Source: Coprothermobacterota bacterium (GTDB taxonomy: Bacteria > Coprothermobacterota > HKB111). From it: a DNA stretch of 64,000 nucleotides. The notes under the pieces were generated by a model. That model worked only from the letters and a program-made list of their open reading frames with translations, ran no database searches and was not told where the DNA came from. The position numbers and the translations under genes were made by a program. Each line of letters begins with the position of its first letter. Positions within the stretch are counted from its first letter, which is position 1. Where the stretch lies: the NCBI GenBank assembly GCA_037440465.1, contig JBBIUB010000002.1:9705-73704 (forward strand), written 5' to 3'. Below, in pieces: positions 39,751-49,539 of the stretch.

Positions 39751-40934
39751 CCTACTACCCCCTTCTCTTTGAGTTCACTTAAGTATTCATCATCAAAACC
39801 CAAAAGATTAGATAGAGCTTCACGAGTATGCTGACCAAGATAAGGAGCTGGCATCCGGGGACCAGTCTGAGTTTGAGAAAGCTTGAAGGGAGACCCAACA
39901 GTTTTATAAGGTCCCACTAATGAATGTTCCATTTCTACTATCATCTGACGAGAAATCACCTGTTGGTCTTTAACAACTTCCTTTATAGTATTTATAGGAC
40001 CGTACGGTATACCATTTTTCTCAAAAATGTTACTCCATTCCTTATATGTCTTTTTCTGGAAAACCTTCTCCAATTCCGGAATTAAAATGTGTTTATTCAA
40101 TGTACGTTGGTAGTTATTGGAGAATAAAAGGTTCTTTGTCAGATCTTCTCTCCCAATTACCTGGCAGAATTCCAGCCAGAGTTTTTCGCTCCCAAGAGGA
40201 AGTATTATGTAATTGTCTTTTGTCTTAAAGGCTTGAAAAGGGGTTATAGAAGGATGAGAGGTTCCTAAAGGTTCTGGTACTACACCTTCAATATAATATC
40301 TGGTTATAGCATTCTCTAAAAGATACACCATTCCATCCAGCATGCCATAATCTAACCTTTGTCCCAAACCTGTTTTTTCTTTATAATAAAGTGCGCCCAG
40401 GATTCCTATGGCTGCATGGTGACCTGCGATTAAATCACCAATGGAGATACCTACCCTTACTGGTTGACCGTTAGGTTCTCCTGTAATACTCATTAAACCA
40501 CTTGTTCCTTGTACAACCATGTCATATGAAGGTTTATCCTTATAGGGTCCCGTATGACCAAAACCTGAAATAGAAGCATAAATAATCCTGGGATTTTCCT
40601 TTCTTATTTCCTCATAGCCAAGACCTAATTTTTCTAAAGTGCCAGGACGGAAGTTCTCAACAATCACATCAGATATACGGCTTAATCTCTTTACTATATT
40701 AACTCCTATAACTGTTTTAATGTTTACTACAACACTTTTTTTATTACGATTAATGCTCATAAAATAAGCACTTTCATCTTTAATAAAAGGACCGTAGGTG
40801 CGAGCACCATCTCCTCCTGGTGGTTCAATCTTAATAACTTCTGCTCCCATATCACCGAGAATCATCGTACAGAATGGACCTGCCAGGATATGACTTAAAT
40901 CAAGTATTCTCAAGCCATACAGGGTTCCAGTCAT
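39735..40934 (-). CDS. CaiB/BaiF family (class III) CoA-transferase
   Basis: N-terminal LRILDLSHILAGPFCTMILGDMGAEVIKIE, typical of the family. Confidence 0.85.
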   Translation of the reverse strand: MTGTLYGLRILDLSHILAGPFCTMILGDMGAEVIKIEPPGGDGARTYGPFIKDESAYFMSINRNKKSVVVNIKTVIGVNIVKRLSRISDVIVENFRPGTLEKLGLGYEEIRKENPRIIYASISGFGHTGPYKDKPSYDMVVQGTSGLMSITGEPNGQPVRVGISIGDLIAGHHAAIGILGALYYKEKTGLGQRLDYGMLDGMVYLLENAITRYYIEGVVPEPLGTSHPSITPFQAFKTKDNYIILPLGSEKLWLEFCQVIGREDLTKNLLFSNNYQRTLNKHILIPELEKVFQKKTYKEWSNIFEKNGIPYGPINTIKEVVKDQQVISRQMIVEMEHSLVGPYKTVGSPFKLSQTQTGPRMPAPYLGQHTREALSNLLGFDDEYLSELKEKGVVGWKDL

Positions 40935-41192
40935 TAATTACCTCCATTCAAAATAATTATATAATAACAAAGGTTGATATAAATAAATCGTTAAAATCGT
41001 TAAATTAGAAAGTAAGAATATACTCATACTATCATAAAATAATAATCAACTATTATTTTTATTGGAATATTCAAAGTTATTTTAACAGGATATAAAAAAT
41101 CTTCTAACGATGTTCCCACTATTTACCTTTCAACAAGATAATAATATGCTAAAATTCATTTGAGTAAATCATAAACAAGGAAGGTATATCCA

Positions 41193-43598
41193 GTGAGAAA
41201 ACTTAAATTCTTTGAAGTAACTTGTAGGAGCAACCCGAAAGACTTTGATTTCAAAACAACAAAAGAAGTCAGTCCTCTTGAAGGAACAATTGGACAGGAT
41301 AGAGCTCTTAATTCTATAGAAATCGCCCTTAACATGAAAACTAAAGGGTTTAACATTTACTTAGCTGGGCCAAGAGGGATTGGTAAGACTTTTACTATAA
41401 AAGCATTTCTTTCTGAAAAAGCAGCAAAAGAGACAATTCCTGAAGATATTATTTATGTTTATAACTTCAAAAAAACTGATAGCCCAAGACCTATTATACT
41501 TAAAACGGGTAAGGGAAAAGTCCTAGCTAAAGCTATGGAAAGTTTCTCAAAAGAGTTGAAAGACAAAATGCCTCAGTTGTTTGAAGGCGAGGAATACGAC
41601 CGTAAACGACTTGAAATTATTTCTAAAGCCCAGAAAGAAAAAGATGAAACCCTCCACCAAGCACAAAATATAGCTCGAACAGAGGGATTCTTACTCCAAA
41701 TGAATCAACAGGGTGTATTCATCGTTCCAACTAAAAACGGAACACCACTTTCTGCAGATATTTTTCAGTCTCTTCCAGATGATGAAAAAAAAGTCTGGGA
41801 AGATAAATACAAAATAATTAACGAAGAGGTAGGTAAAGTTATAAGAACTATCAAGAAAATAGATAAAGAACTTTCTGAAAAACTCCAGCAACTGGATGCA
41901 GATGTTCTAAAAATTACTCTTAACCATCTCCTTTTAGAAATTAGAACAGAATTCTCCTCAGAAAAAGATGTCCTTGCTTACTTACTTGAAGTAGAAGAAA
42001 ATATATTAAACAATATAATTGAATTAAAAACCCAGAAAGATACAACAATACCCTCTCCTACATCATTTCTTTTACCTGCAACTGACCCTTATTCCCGTTA
42101 CCAGATTAATTTAGTAGTAGACAATTCATACTCCCAGGGAGCCCCGGTAATTTTCGAAAACAATCCTACATATTACAATTTAATTGGAAGAATTGAGTTC
42201 AAATCAAATTTTGGTGTGGCAACTACAAGCTTTGACCTCATTAAAGCAGGCTCTTTATTAAAAGCCAATGGTGGATACCTGGTAATCCAGGCTTCAGATG
42301 TCTTGAGAAATCCTTTCTCATGGGAAGCTCTTAAAAAATCTTTGAATAACGAAGAGTTAATAATTGAAAATATTGGAGAACAGTTAAGGATAGACCCTGT
42401 AGTTACTCTCAAACCTGAACCTATTCCCTTAAAGGTAGAAGTAATATTAATGGGAAGTCTACAGCTATATTATTTACTCTATTATTATGATGAAGACTTC
42501 AAGAAGCTCTTCAAGATAAGAGCTGATTTTGACACTGAGATGGTAAGAAATACAGAACATATAAAAAAGTACGCTTCCTTTATAAGAGCAAGGGTTGACG
42601 AAGAGAATTTAAATCATTTTGATAAAAATGCCGTAGCTGTTATAGTTGATTATGGTTCTCGTCTTGCAGAAAATCAGGAAAAGCTTTCAACAAAATTCAG
42701 TGAAATAGCAGATATCATATCCGAAGCTAATTATTGGGCTTCCAGGGAAGGTAGTAAAATCATAAAAAAACAACATGTTGAGAAAGCAATGGAGGAAAAA
42801 ATATATCGTTCCAACCTCATTGAGATGAAAATCCAGGAATTCATCGAAAATGGTACTATCCTATTGGATACTACAGGAGCAAAAGTTGGACAGGTTAATG
42901 GAATTTCTATTTTAACTTTTGGTGACTACTCTTTTGGAAAACCAACACGAATAACTGCATCAGTATCTTTAGGTTCTCGTGGAATAGTTAATATTGAACG
43001 AGAAGTAGAAATGAGTGGTAGACTCCACAGTAAAGGTGTCATGATTGTTTCAGGTTATCTAAGGGAACTGTTTGCCAAGGAAAAGCCTTTATCTCTAACT
43101 GCTACTCTTGTTTTTGAGCAACTATACGAAGAGATAGAAGGAGATAGCGCCTCCAGTGCTGAACTTTATGCTCTTCTTTCAGCTATATCAGGTATCCCAT
43201 TAAAGCAAAATTTAGCTGTAACTGGCTCTGTTAACCAAAAAGGAGAGATTCAACCTATAGGTGGAGTAACCAAAAAAATAGAAGGCTTCTTTGATGCTTG
43301 TAAAGTTAAAGGTTTAACCGGTGATCAAGGTGTAATCATACCCCATCAGAACATCAAAAACCTGGTCCTAAAAGAAGAAGTTGTCAATCTTATTAAAAAA
43401 AGCCAATTTCACATCTATTCGATAAAAAATATTAATGAAGGTATTGAGTTATTAACAGACGTTAGAGCAGGAGAGAAAGATACTAACGGAAACTATCCAG
43501 AAGGAACAGTTTACCATTTAATCAATAAAAATCTTACTAAAATGGCAGATCTTCTTAAAGGGCGCGAAGAAAAGGAAAAAACACCCGATAATCAGTAA
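41193..43598 (+). CDS. Lon-related ATP-dependent protease (AAA+ ATPase + S16 Lon protease domain; LonC/lon_rel-like)
   Basis: Walker A LAGPRGIGKT. C-terminal Lon protease domain with catalytic Ser region EGDSASSAELYA and Lys region GGVTKKIEG. No TM segments. Confidence 0.8.
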   Translation: MRKLKFFEVTCRSNPKDFDFKTTKEVSPLEGTIGQDRALNSIEIALNMKTKGFNIYLAGPRGIGKTFTIKAFLSEKAAKETIPEDIIYVYNFKKTDSPRPIILKTGKGKVLAKAMESFSKELKDKMPQLFEGEEYDRKRLEIISKAQKEKDETLHQAQNIARTEGFLLQMNQQGVFIVPTKNGTPLSADIFQSLPDDEKKVWEDKYKIINEEVGKVIRTIKKIDKELSEKLQQLDADVLKITLNHLLLEIRTEFSSEKDVLAYLLEVEENILNNIIELKTQKDTTIPSPTSFLLPATDPYSRYQINLVVDNSYSQGAPVIFENNPTYYNLIGRIEFKSNFGVATTSFDLIKAGSLLKANGGYLVIQASDVLRNPFSWEALKKSLNNEELIIENIGEQLRIDPVVTLKPEPIPLKVEVILMGSLQLYYLLYYYDEDFKKLFKIRADFDTEMVRNTEHIKKYASFIRARVDEENLNHFDKNAVAVIVDYGSRLAENQEKLSTKFSEIADIISEANYWASREGSKIIKKQHVEKAMEEKIYRSNLIEMKIQEFIENGTILLDTTGAKVGQVNGISILTFGDYSFGKPTRITASVSLGSRGIVNIEREVEMSGRLHSKGVMIVSGYLRELFAKEKPLSLTATLVFEQLYEEIEGDSASSAELYALLSAISGIPLKQNLAVTGSVNQKGEIQPIGGVTKKIEGFFDACKVKGLTGDQGVIIPHQNIKNLVLKEEVVNLIKKSQFHIYSIKNINEGIELLTDVRAGEKDTNGNYPEGTVYHLINKNLTKMADLLKGREEKEKTPDNQ

Positions 43599-44794
43599 CG
43601 CCAGAAAGCACCTATGCCTCCATAAGTCATTAATACCTCTGAAGCTTCTCCTCCCAATATCTCCAGTTTAATTTTGTGTTTTCTAATTAAAAGGGGCAAA
43701 AAAGTTTTTATTGACCCCCTTGCAAAAACCTCAGAACCACAAAAAGAACAAGGACCTGATTTATCTTTCTCAAGGTTAAAACATAATTTGCACTCTCGTA
43801 AACTAACTTTTATCTGCCTTGAAATAATTACCGTGTCAGCCTTCCCATCTTTTAGTGTTTTTAGAGAAGAATCCAAGCCTACACCGGCTAAATTACCAGT
43901 AGCAGATCTTTCTAGAAGTAGTTCCACTATTTTTTTCTCTCTCTCCCTCTCGTACTCCCAGAATACAGCTAATGAAGTATCAAGCACTTCTTTAGGTGGA
44001 GCGTAAAGAGGTATTGCTACTCTACCAACAACCATTACCTCTTTATTTTTACTAAGCAGTTTAAGATATCTATCTTGAATAATTTCAGACCCACCAAGAA
44101 CTATTTCATTTATATTGTAATTTTTCTTTAACTGACTAAAAAATGATGTTGTCTCTTTATAAAATCTCTGAGTATTTGCTTCTACCCTATCAACAAAAGC
44201 TTCAACTCTATCTCCACCTCCCATTGCTCCTCTTGTAATACCATCCCTGGGAGAAGAAGGAGGCATCAGACGTTGCTTGCGCCAATCAGTTGTCTCTAAG
44301 CCTAAATCAAAAGATTTGATCATTTCAACTCTATTAAGCTGTATTCTAAGGAACTCTACCTTTGTGGCATCCACAAATATCACACCATAAGGACGATATT
44401 CTTCCAAAAGCCATATAATCTGACCAATACTGGGTTTCCCAAAAGATACTTCTTTTTCTACACCAACTTGCAAGGTTATTACTTCTTTGAGAACTTCTCC
44501 TACAAATATAATAGCTGACTTTTCTTTAAAAAGAGTGCCTTCAACTATTAATTGGGCTTTCTCTTCGACTTTTTCAAAGTAAGGAAGGTCATCTCTGGAT
44601 ATTTTTTTCTTCAAATCCTTTAATGCTCCCTTCAGCCATATTTGTGATGCAGTTCTTCCTCCATCAGATACAGAGGAGTCGGTATTTAGGTAAATAGTTA
44701 AAACCTTGTCTTCACTGGAATTTAAGAGTTCCTCTAACTTTGAAGTTTCTATCATGGTCCTCACCTCGCAGTTCTTTTTATTAGCATACCACAT
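43592..44794 (-). CDS. baeRF family protein: eRF1/Pelota-like domains 2-3 with C-terminal zinc ribbon
   Basis: RNase-H-like central domain (GVIFVDATKVEFLRI). eRF1 domain-3-like ATGNLAGVGLDSSLKTLKDGKADTVIISRQI. CKLC...CSFC zinc ribbon. A likely start is the internal MIETSKL. Converges on the Lon-like gene with a 7-nt 3' overlap. Confidence 0.55.
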   Translation of the reverse strand: MWYANKKNCEVRTMIETSKLEELLNSSEDKVLTIYLNTDSSVSDGGRTASQIWLKGALKDLKKKISRDDLPYFEKVEEKAQLIVEGTLFKEKSAIIFVGEVLKEVITLQVGVEKEVSFGKPSIGQIIWLLEEYRPYGVIFVDATKVEFLRIQLNRVEMIKSFDLGLETTDWRKQRLMPPSSPRDGITRGAMGGGDRVEAFVDRVEANTQRFYKETTSFFSQLKKNYNINEIVLGGSEIIQDRYLKLLSKNKEVMVVGRVAIPLYAPPKEVLDTSLAVFWEYEREREKKIVELLLERSATGNLAGVGLDSSLKTLKDGKADTVIISRQIKVSLRECKLCFNLEKDKSGPCSFCGSEVFARGSIKTFLPLLIRKHKIKLEILGGEASEVLMTYGGIGAFWRY

Positions 44795-44799
44795 TATAA

Positions 44800-46557
44800 A
44801 TGTATAATATTTATACTATGAAAACGTTATCAGGTTTTCTTAAAGAGCATTTGCGAGAATTCTTTTTTGGAATTCTTTTTCTAATAGCAGTAGACCTTGT
44901 GCAACTCTTAATACCTCAGGTTCTAAGAAGAGCCACAGATGAACTAAGATCAATGTCCATAACCACAGCAACTCTTCTCAGGTATGCCATGTTATTAGCG
45001 ATTCTGGCAATAGTTATGGTTATTTTACGTTTTGCCTGGAGAAATTTAATTTGGGGTACCTCCAGAAAAATAGAAAAAAAATTGAGAGAGCAATATTTTC
45101 AAAAATTACAAACTATGGATATGAAATATTTTAACTATCATAAAATTGGCGACTTGATGGCTTTAGCAACTAATGACATCAATGCTGTCAGGATGAGCCT
45201 TGGTGAAGGATTGCTTCTCATCACTGACGCTATTTTTATGATCTCTCTCGGTGCTTATTTTTTGGCAGGAATCAATAGTAAACTATTTATCAGCGTCTTT
45301 CTTCCTCTTCCATTAATAACAATAACAGTACTATTTTTTGGGAAGGCAATACACGAACGATTCAAAAGGGCTCAAGAAGGCTTTGCTCAGCTAACTTCAA
45401 GGGTGCAAGAATCAATAACAGGTATAAGAGTGGTAAAAGCCTACGGACAAGAAGAAGGAGAAATAGATAATTTCAAAGAAACAGCAGGCGACCTTGTTAA
45501 TAGAAATATGGAGCTTGCAAGGATTGGAGGCATTTTCACCCCTCTGGTTCAATATCTCTCTTCGCTTTGTTTATTTATAACTTTAATCTATGGAGGAAGA
45601 TTAACTATCCTCGGAGAGATCACTTTGGGTGATTTTATAGCCTTCCATGCCTATCTTGGTCTTTTAACCTGGCCTATGATGGCTATGGGTTGGGTAGTTA
45701 ACATCCTGCAAAGAGGAAAAGCTTCTCTTCAAAGACTAAACGAAGTATTTACCGAAATCCCTTATATTAAAGATAAAGAAGATGCAGTAAAAATGATTGG
45801 ACCAATCAAAGGGGATTTAGAATTTCATAATGTGACTTTTAGATACCCTGAGAGAGACAAACCAGCCTTATTAAATATCTCATTTAAACTAAAGGCAGGC
45901 GATATTCTGGGGGTTGTTGGTAAGCTTGGTAGTGGAAAAACCACTCTTTTAAACCTTATTCCTCGACTTTACGATATAGAACAAGGAGAAATCTTTTTAG
46001 ATGGTATAGAACTAAGAAAAATAGCTTTACAAAGCCTTAGAAAGATAGTAAGTTTTATACCACAAGAAAGCTTCCTCTTCTCAGATAGTATTCGAGAGAA
46101 TATATGCTTTTCAGATCCTTATGGAAGCAAAGAAAAGGCCATAGAATTAATTAAAACAGTTCATATTTATGAAGAAATCTCAAACATGCCACAGGGTATA
46201 GATACAATAGTGGGAGAAAGAGGAATAACCCTCTCAGGTGGACAGAAACAGAGGGTGGCTATTGCCCGAGCTCTTTATAGTGAACCTAAAATATTAATCT
46301 TTGACGATGCCTTTTCTTCTCTTGACTACCACACAGAAGAAGAGATTATCAAAGAGATGATTAAGTTAAAATACACTGCCATCATCTCTTCTCACCGATT
46401 ATCCTGCCTTAAGTATGCCAGGGAAATAATTGTTCTGGATGAAGGTGAAATAATTGAACAAGGAAATCACGAAGAACTAATATCAAATGATGGGTTTTAT
46501 GCACATCTCTACCGTTTACAGCAACTGGAGTTGGAAGAATCTCCAGAAGAGGTTTGA
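44800..46557 (+). CDS. ABC transporter permease/ATP-binding protein (MdlA-type exporter)
   Basis: Six-TM domain plus NBD with Walker A GKLGSGKTT, signature LSGGQKQR and Walker B ILIFDD. Confidence 0.85.
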   Translation: MYNIYTMKTLSGFLKEHLREFFFGILFLIAVDLVQLLIPQVLRRATDELRSMSITTATLLRYAMLLAILAIVMVILRFAWRNLIWGTSRKIEKKLREQYFQKLQTMDMKYFNYHKIGDLMALATNDINAVRMSLGEGLLLITDAIFMISLGAYFLAGINSKLFISVFLPLPLITITVLFFGKAIHERFKRAQEGFAQLTSRVQESITGIRVVKAYGQEEGEIDNFKETAGDLVNRNMELARIGGIFTPLVQYLSSLCLFITLIYGGRLTILGEITLGDFIAFHAYLGLLTWPMMAMGWVVNILQRGKASLQRLNEVFTEIPYIKDKEDAVKMIGPIKGDLEFHNVTFRYPERDKPALLNISFKLKAGDILGVVGKLGSGKTTLLNLIPRLYDIEQGEIFLDGIELRKIALQSLRKIVSFIPQESFLFSDSIRENICFSDPYGSKEKAIELIKTVHIYEEISNMPQGIDTIVGERGITLSGGQKQRVAIARALYSEPKILIFDDAFSSLDYHTEEEIIKEMIKLKYTAIISSHRLSCLKYAREIIVLDEGEIIEQGNHEELISNDGFYAHLYRLQQLELEESPEEV

Positions 46558-46558
46558 C

Positions 46559-48517
46559 ATGTGTCCTCCTGATGACCTGGAAGTAGAAAGGAAAGCACCC
46601 GACTTGCGCTTAATAAAAAACCTTCTTGTATTTGCGCGTCCATATGTAAAAACGATACTTATTGCTTTTATTATTATTGCTCTTACCACAGGCCTGGAGC
46701 TTCTTTTACCTTACCTTATAAAGATAGGTATAGATAGGTATATTAATCCACATAAAATTATAGAAAAGGCAAGCTATTATGAAATTAGCTCAGAAATCTT
46801 TCAGGAATTATCCAGTAAAGAACCATTTCTATTAATACGAATTGAAGAATCTCTTAAGCATGTAGAAGGAAAAATGTACTTACCTACTGAAGTACTTAAC
46901 AGCCTGAGTAGTGCTGAGATATCAATATTAAGGCGTACAGACCTTTCCCGCATAAACTTGATAGCCCTGCTATTTTTATTAACTATCTCTTTGAATTTCT
47001 TTTTGAACTACGCTCATATAATCATTTTAAATATTGCAAGCCAGAAGATTATTTACGACTTAAGAGTAAAAATATTTACTCATCTACAAGCTCTACCCTT
47101 TGCTTTCTTTGATAGAAATCCGGTGGGAAGGTTGGTTACTAGAGTAACCAACGATACAGATGCCATTCAAGAAATGTTCAGCAATGTCATAATAGCCCTT
47201 TTAAAAGATTTTCTGCTGGTATTTGGAATTATTATTGTCATGATATCCTTAAATTTAAAATTAGGTATCGTTTCCATTTCATTACTGCCTTTGGTTATTA
47301 TCCTAACAGTAACATTCCGCTTGAAAGCTCGAGAAATTTATCGTATGGTCAGGACAAGACTTGCCAGAATCAATGCTTATATAGCAGAAAATATCTCAGG
47401 GATAAAGATAACCCAACTCTTCCTGCGAGAAAATGAAAACCTTAAAAGATTTAAGGTAATAAATAGTGATTACTACAAAGCTACTATACTCAATCTAAGG
47501 CTTAATTCTATCTATAGGCCCTTGATAAATGCTGTTAGCTCTCTAACCTTAGCTTTATTGATATATTATGGCGGAGGAGAAATAATAAAGGAAAAAGTAG
47601 AATTTGGTCTTCTCTTTGTCTTCATTTCCTATATTCAGACCCTTTTCAGACCTATCCAGGATATGGCAGAAAAATATGATTTACTTCAAGGTGCTATGGC
47701 TTCTTCGGAGAGAGTTTTTGCTCTCCTTGGAGAATCTATTCCAATAACTGATATAAAAAATCCAATTTCTCTAAAGGAAGCTGTTGGTTCTATTGAAATA
47801 AAAGATGTTTGGTTCGCTTATGAAAAAGAAGATTGGGTTCTAAAAGGTGTCTCATTCAATGTACGACCTGGGGAAAGCGTAGGAATAGTTGGAATGACAG
47901 GAGCTGGAAAAACATCAATAATCAATCTTCTATGTCGGTTTTACGAGCCACAGAAGGGTGAGATATTAATTGATGGCATTGACATCAAAAAGATTGCTCT
48001 AAAAGATCTAAGACACAACATCGCTGTGATACTACAGGATGTATTTTTATTTGCTACTGATATAAAAGGAAACATACGTCTTAACAACAGGGATATTTCT
48101 GATGAAGAGGTCATGGAAGCAGCTTCCAGGGTACAAGCTCACAAATTTATTGAAGACTTACCTAACGGTTATAGCGAAAAAGTAGAAGAGGGAGGTTCAA
48201 CTCTCTCCGCAGGTCAGAGACAGTTAATCTCCTTTGCAAGAGCCCTGGTTTTTAATCCTCGAGTCTTAATTTTAGACGAAGCTACATCTAATATAGATTC
48301 GGCCACTGAAGTACTTATCACCGAAGCTCTAAAGGTCCTTATAAAAGGAAGAACCAGTATTATCATTGCACATCGTCTCTCAACCCTTGAAAATGTAGAT
48401 AGAATAATAATCCTTAGTAAAGGTAAAATAGTGGAAACCGGAACACATAGAGAACTAATGGCTGCAAAAGGTCTATACTATCATCTTTATACCGTTCAAA
48501 AGATGCAGGTGGTATAA
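46559..48517 (+). CDS. ABC transporter permease/ATP-binding protein (MdlB-type exporter) with enlarged first extracytoplasmic loop
   Basis: Start taken at the ATG 1 nt after the upstream TGA. NBD has GMTGAGKTS, LSAGQRQL and ILILDE. About 80 extra residues between TM1 and TM2. Confidence 0.8.
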   Translation: MCPPDDLEVERKAPDLRLIKNLLVFARPYVKTILIAFIIIALTTGLELLLPYLIKIGIDRYINPHKIIEKASYYEISSEIFQELSSKEPFLLIRIEESLKHVEGKMYLPTEVLNSLSSAEISILRRTDLSRINLIALLFLLTISLNFFLNYAHIIILNIASQKIIYDLRVKIFTHLQALPFAFFDRNPVGRLVTRVTNDTDAIQEMFSNVIIALLKDFLLVFGIIIVMISLNLKLGIVSISLLPLVIILTVTFRLKAREIYRMVRTRLARINAYIAENISGIKITQLFLRENENLKRFKVINSDYYKATILNLRLNSIYRPLINAVSSLTLALLIYYGGGEIIKEKVEFGLLFVFISYIQTLFRPIQDMAEKYDLLQGAMASSERVFALLGESIPITDIKNPISLKEAVGSIEIKDVWFAYEKEDWVLKGVSFNVRPGESVGIVGMTGAGKTSIINLLCRFYEPQKGEILIDGIDIKKIALKDLRHNIAVILQDVFLFATDIKGNIRLNNRDISDEEVMEAASRVQAHKFIEDLPNGYSEKVEEGGSTLSAGQRQLISFARALVFNPRVLILDEATSNIDSATEVLITEALKVLIKGRTSIIIAHRLSTLENVDRIIILSKGKIVETGTHRELMAAKGLYYHLYTVQKMQVV

Positions 48518-48519
48518 AA

Positions 48520-49500
48520 GTGAACTTTATTACAAAAATCCTTTTAAAAGGCCGTTCAATTAAAAATCCAGAAAGCAAGTCTATACTTGGCTACTGGGAA
48601 GCAGGAATAAGTATAGTACTTAACCTGATTATTTCCTTCGTTAAGTTCTACCTTGGTTTTTTAACAGGAAGTATTGCCTTAAAAGGAGATGCTCTCCACA
48701 CTCTCTCAGATACCCTTACTTCGTTAGTGGTTTTAGTTGGTATAAAATTATCCTCTATACCTCCTGATAAGGAACATCCTCACGGTCATGGCCGCATGGA
48801 ATGGCTCTCCAGTTTAGCTATCGCTCTTCTTCTTGTTGTAACCGGAACAAGTTTATTCTTGACTTCCTATAAAAGAATCAGCTCACCATCAATACAAGAA
48901 ATTCCGGGAACTATATTTATATTTATCCTTCTATTCTTTTCTCTTCTAAAAGAGCTCCTGTTCCGCTTATCCTTTTTCTGGGGAAAAAACGCAGAAATCA
49001 GCTCTCTTATAGGTGATGCTTACCACCATAGAACCGATGCATTTGCTTCTCTTTTGGTAATTACAGGCCTTTTACTTCAGAGGTTCAATTTCATTTTCTT
49101 AGATGGTGTCCTTGGTATAATAATATCCTTTTTCATAATAAAGGTTGGTTTTGATATAGTCCTATCTTCAACAAGCCTTCTTTTAGGGAAGAAAGGTAAT
49201 GCTACAGACTTAGAAATAATTGAAGAGTTGGTTTTCGAAATCAACGGTGTAAAAGAAGTTCATAAGATAGAAATACACGATTTTGGTAATTTCAAAGATA
49301 TTTCCCTCCATATACTCTTGAATGGCAAAATTCCCCTTGACGAAGCTCACAATATTGCCCAAGAAGTTGAAGATAAGATCAAAAAGGTGTTTTTCCTTTC
49401 CCATATAACTGTCCACACAGAACCTTACAATTTAAAACAGGATTCAAGGAGTCAAGGGGTCGGGGGGTCGAGCGAAAACCACAACATTTTATTGGACTAA
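48520..49500 (+). CDS. cation diffusion facilitator family transporter
   Basis: Six-TM CDF core with the HTLSDT and HHRTDAF metal-site motifs and a cytoplasmic C-domain. The final 20 codons run through a dispersed repeat. Confidence 0.8.
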   Translation: MNFITKILLKGRSIKNPESKSILGYWEAGISIVLNLIISFVKFYLGFLTGSIALKGDALHTLSDTLTSLVVLVGIKLSSIPPDKEHPHGHGRMEWLSSLAIALLLVVTGTSLFLTSYKRISSPSIQEIPGTIFIFILLFFSLLKELLFRLSFFWGKNAEISSLIGDAYHHRTDAFASLLVITGLLLQRFNFIFLDGVLGIIISFFIIKVGFDIVLSSTSLLLGKKGNATDLEIIEELVFEINGVKEVHKIEIHDFGNFKDISLHILLNGKIPLDEAHNIAQEVEDKIKKVFFLSHITVHTEPYNLKQDSRSQGVGGSSENHNILLD

Positions 49501-49539
49501 GTCTTATAATATTAAAAACTCGCCTTGGAGGTATTTAAA

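Noticed and set aside
41156-41356. 66-aa minus-strand ORF overlapping the start of the Lon-related gene
   Set aside because: Overlaps the strongly supported plus-strand CDS. The AT-rich promoter region gives spurious ORFs.
41193-43598. Possible BREX BrxL
   Set aside because: It is Lon-like, but no brxA/B/C, pglX or pglZ are nearby. The domain layout fits lon_rel/LonC-type better.
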